61,106 nucleotides of DNA from a virus (lineage: Duplodnaviria; Caudoviricetes): IMG/VR virus record IMGVR_UViG_3300021335_000016, positions 1 through 61,106 of that record; one strand, written 5' to 3'. The position numbers were made by a program, and so were the translations under genes. Each line of letters begins with the position of its first letter. Position 1 is the first letter of the stretch. Positions 19,075-28,113 of this stretch are shown piece after piece. Below the pieces are notes generated by a model. The model made no database searches. It saw nothing but the letters and a program-made list of their open reading frames with translations, and was not told the DNA's origin.

Positions 19075-22000
19075 TTAGTTCTCAATCAACGTGACAAGAG
19101 TATTAAATACAGTGTTAGTTGCCGAAGCAGGTGTAACTCTAATTCTGACATTACCACCACTAATATCAACATCATATGTTGCAAGAGGTGTGTTAGTGTA
19201 AACAGAACCATATTCGGTAGCATATGCTGTTGTGCCATCATGCACTACCAAGAGTTTAGTTATATGTCTTTCACCAGAAGAAATTGCCATAATATTAACT
19301 TCTGCGCCTGAATATGTAGTAGCACTAAACGTATCTAGGTCAACTTGAGCTGTTGATGCTCTAGTAATTGTAGAAGATGCAAATCTATGATTTTCTTGTA
19401 CAATATCAGCAGTTGCAGTTAATGTTGTGAACGTACCTGCTGCTGCACTACTAGCACCAATAGTTGTACCATCAATAGAACCACCATTAATGTCTATAGT
19501 TGTTACTGTGCCACCATTAGAAACTGTTGCACCAGCAAAATTAACTGTTCCAGTTGCAGTTAATGTTGTGAATGTACCTGCTGCTGCACTACTAGCACCA
19601 ATAGTTGTATCATCAATAGAACCACCATTAATGTCTACACTGCTAGAAGTAATATTACCGGTAAATGCAGTAGAGGTGATGAGTCCGGTTGATGGATTAT
19701 ATGTTAATCCAGTATCAGTTTCAATACCTTGAGCGCCAGTTGCACCATCTACAAATGTGAGATAAACTGTCTCGTTAGTAGAGTTATTTGCGGTTGCAGT
19801 AACATTAGTAGCAGTTGTAGCAGTTGTAGCAGTACCTGTTAGGTCACCATACACAGTAGAAACGTCAATAGGTTTATTAAAGTCCCAACGGTCTGTAGTG
19901 CCATTGTAAGTAATACTAGCATTAGAGCCATTTACTGTGATACCAGCACCATTTGCTTCTGCATTACTAGTAGCATTATCTGCAAGTACGATATTCTTAT
20001 CGGTAATGCTTACTGTAGTTGATTTAACAGTAGTAGTTGTGCCTTCTACAGACAAGTTACCAAGAATAACCAAAGTACCAGCACTATCTACAGGGTGTGG
20101 ATCAATATACATGTAAGAGCCAGCGGTACTACTGATAGTATTACCATCAATACGAATATTATCAACATTAACTTGGTCAGCATTTACCTGCGTAAGACCA
20201 TTAAGTGCAGCAGAAGTTGCACCAAGTGCAATATTAGTAGAACCTACAGTTAAAGAACTGTTTTGTAATTTTACATTAGTGATACCACCATCTTTTACTC
20301 TAACTGCACCAGAACCATCATTAGCAGATAATTCAATAGTAGAATTATCAACAGTAACTTCAATCTCATTTGCATTAGCAGTGATACCATCACCACCGAC
20401 AACATTTAGTGTTCTGGAAGAGGTAATATTACCACCACCAGTTAAACCAGCACCAGCTGTGATATTGACACTAGAATGGTCAATATGCTCGTTTGCTACG
20501 AATCCAGAGGTCTGATCGTGATTGATTACTTTGCTGTAGTAAGCAGCAAGTTCAGATGAGTCAATATCAATATCATTAGTATTAACTCTAATACCAGTTC
20601 CAGCACCTACTGCCAAATCCACATTAGCATTAATAGTACCACCACCTGTAAGACCATTATTGGCGTTGATATTAATACTAGAATGTGGTACGTGTTCATC
20701 AGATAAAAATCCATCTGTATTATCATGAACAATGACTTTACTAAAGTATGCTGCAAGATCACCAGAGTCAATCTCTACAGTGACAGTATTATTAGATGCA
20801 ACAGTATCAATACCAGACCCAGCAGCAATCTCTAAAGAAGAATCAAGAAGATTTACTGAACCTGTGCCAGTTTCTGCACTAGTGCTAAGAACTGTACTAA
20901 GTGCTTCAGTTCCGATACTATCTACAAATCCAGAAGCATCTACAGTTACAACAGGAATAGCTGTTTGAGAACCATATGTCCCTGCTGTTACAGTTGTTCC
21001 TGTTCTTGTAATATTTATAAATGTTGAGGAATCTGCTACTACTTCACCAGTTACGTCAATACCAGTTGATTCGGTAGAAAGCTTTCCTGCTCCATAGTGG
21101 TAAAGCCTGACCCGACCAGTACTACCATCTGCAACGATGTAATTAGTAACACCACCCAGACCATTATCAGTACGGATACTAATATCTGCATCATCTACAA
21201 AGTTTTCAATGCGCAAATCAAACCCAAATAGGTTTCTTATGAAGCTCCGGGTTCCATCATGATACATCTGAAGATCACCAGCATCACCCAATTTAATCAC
21301 TGAGTTATCTGGCATGATAAGGTCGTCAGAATCAGAGAAGGTAATATCACCACTAACAGTTACGCCTGTATTGGTAGTTTCAAACTTTTTACTTCCATTA
21401 TAATAAAGGTCTACAGAAGCAGATGGAGTAAACTGACCAGATACCTTATCGTTAGTAGAATCTTCTAGGATAATACTATATCCATTAGTCAGCAGTTTAA
21501 GATTACCTGTCCCAGTTTCATTAATGTAACTATTCTGTTGATCATGATAAATTCTTAAATCTTCTGATTGCCCAAACGAGGCAGAAACATTATCAAAGAA
21601 TATAAGATCACCAGCTGTTTTATAGTCTTGTTCAGCCGAAAATAAAAACTCAGTTGCAGTTTTACCATCCAAAAGATCAGCATTTAGATTGGTTACAAGA
21701 GTATTTGATGTTACACTAAACGGCGCACCTGTTCCACCAAATGATGGGTTTTCATTAAATGCCTGATCAATGTCAGAGTCTACTCTAGTCTTAGTATAAT
21801 AGAGATTAGAATCACCTTCAGAGAGACTATCTGTTGTGTATGGGTCAAGGACAATATCTGTAAAGAATGATGCAACATCTGTTACAACTCTAAGTTCACC
21901 AGTTAACGGATTATGGAAAATACTATCAATAGTATCACCCAAAGACGCCTGTGCAGGAACAATACCAATACTATCGACTTGACCATAAGAATCAACAGTA

Positions 22001-25000
22001 ATAATTGGAATTTTTGTAGAGGTTCCATATCTACCTGCTGTTACACCACTAAGAGCAACAGCAATTTCGCCTGTGCTATTATCATAATCAATATTGGCAC
22101 CACCGGAGAATAATCCTTTAACAGCAGCAGAATCAAGTTTCAATTCTGTGGAGCCACCAAGTGCAATTGAACCACCACCTGTCAGACCAGAACCTGCGGT
22201 TACTGTTACACTATCAAACTCTAATTGGTCATTTCCTACACCAGCAGTCTTAATACTAACAGCACCAGAAGAAACACTAAAGTCCCCCGCATCAAAACTA
22301 GCAACACCCTTATTAGATGTGCTTGCATCTTCACCAGCAATTGTGACAGTATTACCAGAAGCGGTTGTGTTAATACCTTCACCAGCTGCAATATTCAATG
22401 AAGAATCAAGAAGATTTACTGTCCCTGTACCATTCTCAGCTTCAGTAGTTAATACACTGCTAAATCCAGTTACACCAATGCTATCAATAAATCCAGAGGC
22501 ATCTACAGTTATAATAGGAACCGCTATTTGAGAACCATATACACCTGCTGTAACACCAGCAGGAGAGGTTCTGGCGAGATTAGTAAACGTGCCTGAGTCT
22601 GCTGTCACTTCACCAGTGACATCAATACCAGTGCTAGTAGTTTCTAACTTTTTGGAACCGTCGTAAAAAAGCTTTACGTCAGCATCTTGTGTAGCATTTA
22701 TAAATGTTTCACCGGTCGTCGAAGTCACATTAAATGAGTTGGAGCGGATATATACACCGCCTGTACCCTGATCTACGATATATGAATGTGTGCCACTATG
22801 ATAAATCTGAAGGTCGTTACTTGCACCAAGCCGAATTCTCTCATTATCGCCAAGGTCTATGCCATCTGCTGTGATGGTACCAGTTACATTAATGCCTGTT
22901 GAGACTGTGGAAAGTATTGGTACATTATTATGACGAAGTGTTACATTTGCACCTTCAACAAACTGAACACCAATAGTTCCGTTTGCGCCACCAATGTTTA
23001 CTTGAGAAGAACCTTGAACGTTTAATACACCAGTACCAATATCCTTGACGTAACTATTAGACCCATCATGATAAATCTGAAGATCACCAGCATCACCCAA
23101 TTTAATTCTTGACTTATCTGGCATGATAATGTCATCAGAATCAGAGAAGGTAATATCACCATCAACAGTCAACCCGTCTGCTGTAACGGTTCCGGTTACG
23201 TCGAGTGCTGTGGCTGGACTAGTCGTGCCAATACCGACCCTGTTGTTTACAGCATCTACATAAAGTGTATTAGTATCAACAGTAAGATTATCTGAAGTTA
23301 AATTCGTAAACGTACCAGAATCTGGTGTAGTATGACCGATTGCAGTCCCATCAATAAATCCACCATTAATGTCTACATTACTAGCAGTTAGATTTGTTGT
23401 AGTGATAGAGTCTGCGCTGACTGTTCCAGAAAAAGTATCTGCAACTACAGTTGCAGCATTAAAATCTGCTAATACAAAAGACGGGTCACTTCTATCAATA
23501 ATATTTGATCTGGGAGAAGAGTCTAAAGCAGAATCTTGGTATTGTGCAAAGAGGTAGTATTTGTCATCTGTAGCATCTCTAAACAGACCTGTATGTTGTC
23601 TACCACCTAATGCAGCATCAAAGTAGTGACCAACAAAACCAATATCAACTTCATCACTAGATTCATTAGAGTCTGCAAGGTGAATTAATGGGTCATTAAT
23701 TGCTAATGTTTGTACATCAATTGTAGTAGTTGTACCAGTAACTGTCAAGTCACCTGCAATTTCAGTGTTGCCGTTTACATTTAAGGCCCCACCGATACCT
23801 ACACCACCTGTGACAACTAATGCACCATTTGCCGAGTTGGTAGATGTTGTACTATTAGCAACAGTTAAAGTAGAACCATTATATGTAAGATTAGCATCAT
23901 CTTCTAACTCACCATTTGTTCCAGCAACCACCAATCTGTCATTAGTAAGATCTTGAACATTTGCACTAGCTAATGTGGTCTGTTGATCAACGTCCAAAGT
24001 GCCAACAATTTGTGTGTTACCAGATGACTGCTGTACAGTAAAGTTGCCGCCACCGATATCAAATTGAGTACCATTGAACGTAAAGTTAGCGTCATCTTCT
24101 AACTTGCCAGATGAACCAGAGATAACAATTCTATTATCGGTTAAGTTAGAAACATATACATGAGTAAGATTAGCATCAGAGTTTACAGTAAGATCAGCAA
24201 TCGTAGCAGAGTCAGTTACATCTAGAGTAGTAACAGTAGCCTGATTGATTGTAGCGGTACCAGTTACTATCGCATCAGCAATGGTTGCTGAGTCACTTAC
24301 GTCTAATGTGGTAATGTTTGCTTGAAATATAGTAGCTGAGTCTGTAACACTAAGATTTGTTGTATTTACTTGAGTTAAACCGGAAAGTGTAGTTGAAGTT
24401 TCACCAAGAGCAATACCAGTAGAACCAATAGTTACAGTATCATTTTCTAACTGACTGTTACCTACACCGGCCGTCTTGATGGAAACATGTCCAGAACTAA
24501 CTGTAAAGTCACCAGAATCAAAACTAGCAACACCTTTATTAGTTATAGTAGCGTCTTCACCAGATACAGTAATAGTATTGCCAGATACTACAGTATTGAT
24601 ACCTTCACCAGCTGCAATATTTAATGCAGAGTCTAAAAGACTTACAGAACCTGTGCCTGTCTCACCAGAGGTATTGAGAGTTGTGCTGATAGAGACTTCA
24701 CCAATACTATCAACAAAACCAGATGCATCTACTGTAAGAACTGGAATTTCTGTAACAGAACCATAAGTTCCTGCTGTTACGGTAGTTCCTGTTCTTGTAA
24801 TATTTGTAAATGTTGCAGAGTCACCGGTAATACCAAAGATACGCAAATCGGAATCTAACGACAATGGATCGGAAACAGTACCAAAGCCATTGAAGTTTGA
24901 GTCGTGGTATACCCCGCTCAAGAATGCTTCTGTAATTGCAGAATCAAGATTATCTAATACTTCTGCAAGTGTGGTGCCAGCAGCATTTGCTAAACCTGAA

Positions 25001-25248
25001 GGATCAATCTCAAATGTAGATTCATCTCCACTTACACTGTCTGCACTTACAAGAAAACCTTTATTGAGTTTTAAGAATAAACGTTCACCATTAGCAAGAG
25101 AAGCAAGAATATAACGGTCAGAATCTGGATTACCAAAGTTTGGCTCAGCATTATCCAGACTAAGAAAGGTAGTTCTTCTACTGTCTAAAGTATTACCACT
25201 TTTAGTTTTAATACGACCGCTAAGGAGTCTTGATTCAGAATTAGCCAT
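19075..25248 (-). CDS. Long tail fibre protein (2057 aa) built from repeated modules
   Basis: Thr/Ser/Gly/Asp-rich. Repeats VTAGTYGS..IP..TVD, LQIYHDG, NRVGIGTTSP, AGxGLTGGG, DINGGSIDGTTIG. C-terminal EYG...DISGGNVRIRVTP domain. Confidence 0.85.
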   Translation of the reverse strand: MANSESRLLSGRIKTKSGNTLDSRRTTFLSLDNAEPNFGNPDSDRYILASLANGERLFLKLNKGFLVSADSVSGDESTFEIDPSGLANAAGTTLAEVLDNLDSAITEAFLSGVYHDSNFNGFGTVSDPLSLDSDLRIFGITGDSATFTNITRTGTTVTAGTYGSVTEIPVLTVDASGFVDSIGEVSISTTLNTSGETGTGSVSLLDSALNIAAGEGINTVVSGNTITVSGEDATITNKGVASFDSGDFTVSSGHVSIKTAGVGNSQLENDTVTIGSTGIALGETSTTLSGLTQVNTTNLSVTDSATIFQANITTLDVSDSATIADAIVTGTATINQATVTTLDVTDSATIADLTVNSDANLTHVYVSNLTDNRIVISGSSGKLEDDANFTFNGTQFDIGGGNFTVQQSSGNTQIVGTLDVDQQTTLASANVQDLTNDRLVVAGTNGELEDDANLTYNGSTLTVANSTTSTNSANGALVVTGGVGIGGALNVNGNTEIAGDLTVTGTTTTIDVQTLAINDPLIHLADSNESSDEVDIGFVGHYFDAALGGRQHTGLFRDATDDKYYLFAQYQDSALDSSPRSNIIDRSDPSFVLADFNAATVVADTFSGTVSADSITTTNLTASNVDINGGFIDGTAIGHTTPDSGTFTNLTSDNLTVDTNTLYVDAVNNRVGIGTTSPATALDVTGTVTADGLTVDGDITFSDSDDIIMPDKSRIKLGDAGDLQIYHDGSNSYVKDIGTGVLNVQGSSQVNIGGANGTIGVQFVEGANVTLRHNNVPILSTVSTGINVTGTITADGIDLGDNERIRLGASNDLQIYHSGTHSYIVDQGTGGVYIRSNSFNVTSTTGETFINATQDADVKLFYDGSKKLETTSTGIDVTGEVTADSGTFTNLARTSPAGVTAGVYGSQIAVPIITVDASGFIDSIGVTGFSSVLTTEAENGTGTVNLLDSSLNIAAGEGINTTASGNTVTIAGEDASTSNKGVASFDAGDFSVSSGAVSIKTAGVGNDQLEFDSVTVTAGSGLTGGGSIALGGSTELKLDSAAVKGLFSGGANIDYDNSTGEIAVALSGVTAGRYGTSTKIPIITVDSYGQVDSIGIVPAQASLGDTIDSIFHNPLTGELRVVTDVASFFTDIVLDPYTTDSLSEGDSNLYYTKTRVDSDIDQAFNENPSFGGTGAPFSVTSNTLVTNLNADLLDGKTATEFLFSAEQDYKTAGDLIFFDNVSASFGQSEDLRIYHDQQNSYINETGTGNLKLLTNGYSIILEDSTNDKVSGQFTPSASVDLYYNGSKKFETTNTGVTVSGDITFSDSDDLIMPDNSVIKLGDAGDLQMYHDGTRSFIRNLFGFDLRIENFVDDADISIRTDNGLGGVTNYIVADGSTGRVRLYHYGAGKLSTESTGIDVTGEVVADSSTFINITRTGTTVTAGTYGSQTAIPVVTVDASGFVDSIGTEALSTVLSTSAETGTGSVNLLDSSLEIAAGSGIDTVASNNTVTVEIDSGDLAAYFSKVIVHDNTDGFLSDEHVPHSSININANNGLTGGGTINANVDLAVGAGTGIRVNTNDIDIDSSELAAYYSKVINHDQTSGFVANEHIDHSSVNITAGAGLTGGGNITSSRTLNVVGGDGITANANEIEVTVDNSTIELSANDGSGAVRVKDGGITNVKLQNSSLTVGSTNIALGATSAALNGLTQVNADQVNVDNIRIDGNTISSTAGSYMYIDPHPVDSAGTLVILGNLSVEGTTTTVKSTTVSITDKNIVLADNATSNAEANGAGITVNGSNASITYNGTTDRWDFNKPIDVSTVYGDLTGTATTATTATNVTATANNSTNETVYLTFVDGATGAQGIETDTGLTYNPSTGLITSTAFTGNITSSSVDINGGSIDDTTIGASSAAAGTFTTLTATGTVNFAGATVSNGGTVTTIDINGGSIDGTTIGASSAAAGTFTTLTATADIVQENHRFASSTITRASTAQVDLDTFSATTYSGAEVNIMAISSGERHITKLLVVHDGTTAYATEYGSVYTNTPLATYDVDISGGNVRIRVTPASATNTVFNTLVTLIEN
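19410..19637. repeat. 87-bp near-perfect direct repeat (19410-19496 and 19551-19637) in the fibre gene
   Basis: Encodes DINGGSIDxTTIGASSAAAGTFTTLTAT twice; 2 mismatches; period 141 bp. Confidence 0.9.
20800..24823. repeat. Three dispersed copies of an 80-120 aa fibre module (about 24457-24823, 22231-22600, 20800-21033) plus a ~99-bp duplicate (21254-21352 and 23063-23161)
   Basis: DSxTFxNxxRT..VTAGxYGS..xPxxTVDASGFxDSIG..GTGxVxLLDSxLxIAAG occurs three times. GDITFSDSDDxIMPDxSxIKLGDAGDLQxYHDG occurs twice with about 7 nt differences. Confidence 0.88.
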
Positions 25249-25576
25249 TGAGTGATTCCAGTATACCCATTACTAGTTTTAATTTATCATCTTTATTAGA
25301 AGTCATTTTAAGTAGACCATTTGCTGAAATAACGAGTTTACCAACACTACCATTTGCAGTATCTCTAGCTGGAATGTCAAATTCTGATAACAATTCTACT
25401 CCTGTGGCAGTAGCAGAATCATGGTATGTAAAAGTTAATGTAGCGTCAGAATCAGAAGCGTTTGCAATCTGAGTAGAAAGCACAATACCAGTATAGTTTG
25501 ATGGTGCTGTATAAATCGTTTGATTGCTAGTATCAACTGATTTGGTTATAGTTTTAAATATATTTAGTTCTGGCAT
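25241..25576 (-). CDS. Small beta-rich virion protein (fibre-associated)
   Basis: 111 aa, IYTAP..YTGIVLSTQIAN...GKLVI...MGILES; sits between the tailspike-like gene and the long fibre gene. Confidence 0.6.
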   Translation of the reverse strand: MPELNIFKTITKSVDTSNQTIYTAPSNYTGIVLSTQIANASDSDATLTFTYHDSATATGVELLSEFDIPARDTANGSVGKLVISANGLLKMTSNKDDKLKLVMGILESLNG

Positions 25577-25578
25577 TT

Positions 25579-28035
25579 TTAATCCTCAAGTGCAAGAGAG
25601 AATGGAGTTACACGGGCAAAGAGACTACGATCAAAGGCTTCACCCTCAATCGTTCCAGTTGATCTTTGGATTAGGAATCCTTCACCAACTCTAAAGTCAC
25701 CTTTTTGGTCTGTACTAGTTACAAAACATAACCCTGCTCTATCAGAGTCTTGTACGACTTCATCTGCTTGTTTTGGCGCCCCACCTCTAAATGGAAATGC
25801 TGTTCTTACATCAGTACCTGTTCCAATCCATTCAAAGGTATGACCAGAAGAGGACAATGCACTTCTTTGATGGAAGGTTGCAGAGTCATTATCTGGTAAG
25901 TTTATTTCTGGTTCTTCTAGAAGTTTAATAGAACCTGTTTTAGTATCTGAGTCCCAAGAAGCAGAGTCAACTGTATAGTAAAGTGGGTCAGAAGAGAACT
26001 TAACAGCATCAGAAATATTTGGTCTTTTTGTTAAATTTTTAATAGTAATAATACTATCAACTCTATCTTGCTGACCATCTACCTTTGCTTCATATAATTT
26101 TTCAGATACACCAGTTGCTTTCAATGCAATATTACCGAAAGAACTGTTAGAGTTAGTAATAGAAGCAAATCCACCGTTTTCTGCTAAGAACCCTACATCA
26201 CAGTAAATAGTAAATACTGATACCAACTGGCAATAACCTCTATTCAGAAGATATACACCCTTCCCGCCCTGATTGATCTGTGTAAACGAATCTACAACCA
26301 TAGAACGAATACCACCTACTTTAGAACCATCATTACGAATACCATCACCACCAGCCGCAGGTTTGGTTGGATCGTTTGCATCTGGGTAGACATATGTTCC
26401 ATCATCATTCCTAGATAAATCAGGACCAGTAATAGATGTACAGTTTCTAATGTATGGAGAGTTTACAATAATGTTAGATGCAGAGTCTCCAGCCGGGTCC
26501 CATGCAATAACAGCAGCAGGCTGCAAATGGTCACGGAATGTAACATCAGACATATAACAGTTATTATTAACATAGAACATATCAGAAGTTTTATTCTTAG
26601 GACGAATACTTGTGTTCTTCAAGTTATCACCAATAATAGATACGTTCTTTGGAATTTCTAATGGATTGTTGATTGTATAATCACCAGTCTTCAAGTAGAT
26701 TGTAGTAGCAATCTCTGGAGCATCTAATACATCTACATATCTGTCACCGATATCAAATAGTAAAGGATATTCACTATCAACAAGATTTACAACATCATCA
26801 ATGATAGAAGTCTTATTGCTTACAATAGCATCAAAAGAAGTCTTTAATGCAGGGTCATCAAGACTAGCACTACTAAATGTTACTCTTGAATCTAAATCAG
26901 GAGTAATTCTACTAGAAGGTAGAGAAGACCTGCCATTTCTGATTACATCACCAATCATAGTAACAGAAGCAGAAAGTTCATTGACCTTAATTTGTCTTGG
27001 AGTCAGACCAGTAGTGTTCTGTGTTGTAGTGTAGTTTCCACCTGGACCAGAAAGAACTACAGCACTATCTTTTAATACACCTTCAACTACTTCTGCCATT
27101 CTGTCATATGCAGCAGCAGTTGCTGGAGTTTCAATAGCAGAGATTTGTGCAGGACCATCACCATTAAAGAAAAAGAAGTTTGCGTTATCATATGCACCAG
27201 CATTACCAAGATAGGTTGCATCATAAGTTAATGCTTCTACAGCAAATCTAATATCTCTCTTACACTTTGCGCTATCATATGAAAGGTTATAGTTTGCCTT
27301 TACCCATTCATTAACTTCTTCAGAGATGAATACCTTGTTATTAATAAGTTTTGTCTTTGATCTAGATGCATCATCTTCTGTCTGAGATGAGTCATAGTAA
27401 TCAGCAGAATTTAAGGGAGAAGGATATTGCGCAAGACCTAAAGCATCTGCATTATCTCTACCATTTTGAATAATGTCTTTTACTTCATCCCAGTATGCAT
27501 CTGCTCTAGATAAAGAGGTTGCATCACCACTAATAGCAGCCAAATCATTTACAAGGTCTTTAGTTGCATCTAAACTGAATAATACTTCAGTAATGCCTTG
27601 TGTATATGATCCTGCTCTTCCTTGGAATACCTGATTAAATGTAGTACCTAATGCAATATCGTATTTGGAAGCATCTAGGTAATAACCTAAGTCTCTTCTA
27701 GTCTTTGCTTCAATTACAGAACTTTGTGCGCCATCTGAATCAAGACCAGCATCTGCTCTTCTTTTTGCAGCTACTTCTAATGCTTTGTCAAGTGTAAGAA
27801 AAGCACGGTTGATAGTTGTTCCAGCGTTACTATCATCACCACTTTTGGAGACATAGTAGACGTTTTCAGCGATGTTCGCTCCACCAAGTTCAATGATGGA
27901 TAGTTCACCATTTTTATCTCTCTTAAAGAACATCTTACCATCATGTGTGTTGATGGCTACTTCGCCCAAATCCAACTGACCTACAGTTGGTATATTGCCT
28001 CTTACAGCACTACGGCGTAACTTGATAGTTGACAT
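25579..28035 (-). CDS. Tailspike-like virion protein: N-terminal attachment motif, helical insert, pectin-lyase-like beta-helix
   Basis: IKLRRS..P...LDLGEVAINTHDGKMF; YYVSKSGDDSN.G...AFLTLDKAL; TIYLKTGDY..NPL.IP.NVSIIGD.L; SPYIRNCTS; MVVDSFTQ.NQGG.G; STDQ.GDFRVG. Confidence 0.75.
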   Translation of the reverse strand: MSTIKLRRSAVRGNIPTVGQLDLGEVAINTHDGKMFFKRDKNGELSIIELGGANIAENVYYVSKSGDDSNAGTTINRAFLTLDKALEVAAKRRADAGLDSDGAQSSVIEAKTRRDLGYYLDASKYDIALGTTFNQVFQGRAGSYTQGITEVLFSLDATKDLVNDLAAISGDATSLSRADAYWDEVKDIIQNGRDNADALGLAQYPSPLNSADYYDSSQTEDDASRSKTKLINNKVFISEEVNEWVKANYNLSYDSAKCKRDIRFAVEALTYDATYLGNAGAYDNANFFFFNGDGPAQISAIETPATAAAYDRMAEVVEGVLKDSAVVLSGPGGNYTTTQNTTGLTPRQIKVNELSASVTMIGDVIRNGRSSLPSSRITPDLDSRVTFSSASLDDPALKTSFDAIVSNKTSIIDDVVNLVDSEYPLLFDIGDRYVDVLDAPEIATTIYLKTGDYTINNPLEIPKNVSIIGDNLKNTSIRPKNKTSDMFYVNNNCYMSDVTFRDHLQPAAVIAWDPAGDSASNIIVNSPYIRNCTSITGPDLSRNDDGTYVYPDANDPTKPAAGGDGIRNDGSKVGGIRSMVVDSFTQINQGGKGVYLLNRGYCQLVSVFTIYCDVGFLAENGGFASITNSNSSFGNIALKATGVSEKLYEAKVDGQQDRVDSIITIKNLTKRPNISDAVKFSSDPLYYTVDSASWDSDTKTGSIKLLEEPEINLPDNDSATFHQRSALSSSGHTFEWIGTGTDVRTAFPFRGGAPKQADEVVQDSDRAGLCFVTSTDQKGDFRVGEGFLIQRSTGTIEGEAFDRSLFARVTPFSLALED

Positions 28036-28055
28036 GAGTCTCCAAACCTACATTT

Positions 28056-28113
28056 GACTTATATAAGTCTAAAATTTTTATATTAAAGTAGTATATACTA
28101 CTTTTTATTTATA
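28056..28113 (-). promoter_or_regulatory. Late promoter TATAAATA (28106-28113) followed by two perfect palindromes (28085-28104, 28056-28069)
   Basis: AAAGTAGTATATACTACTTT and GACTTATATAAGTC lie in the leader of the fibre operon. Confidence 0.75.

Noticed and set aside
15471-25248. Diversity-generating retroelement (template/variable repeat pairs)
   Set aside because: No reverse transcriptase in the window. The repeat pairs are identical or differ at mixed bases, not specifically at adenines, and both copies are coding.
25579-28035. Assigning a cyanobacterial host from the phycobiliprotein-like motif, or a Bacteroidetes host from the DS motif
   Set aside because: No photosynthesis or other host-diagnostic genes are in the window, and short motifs cannot establish the host.
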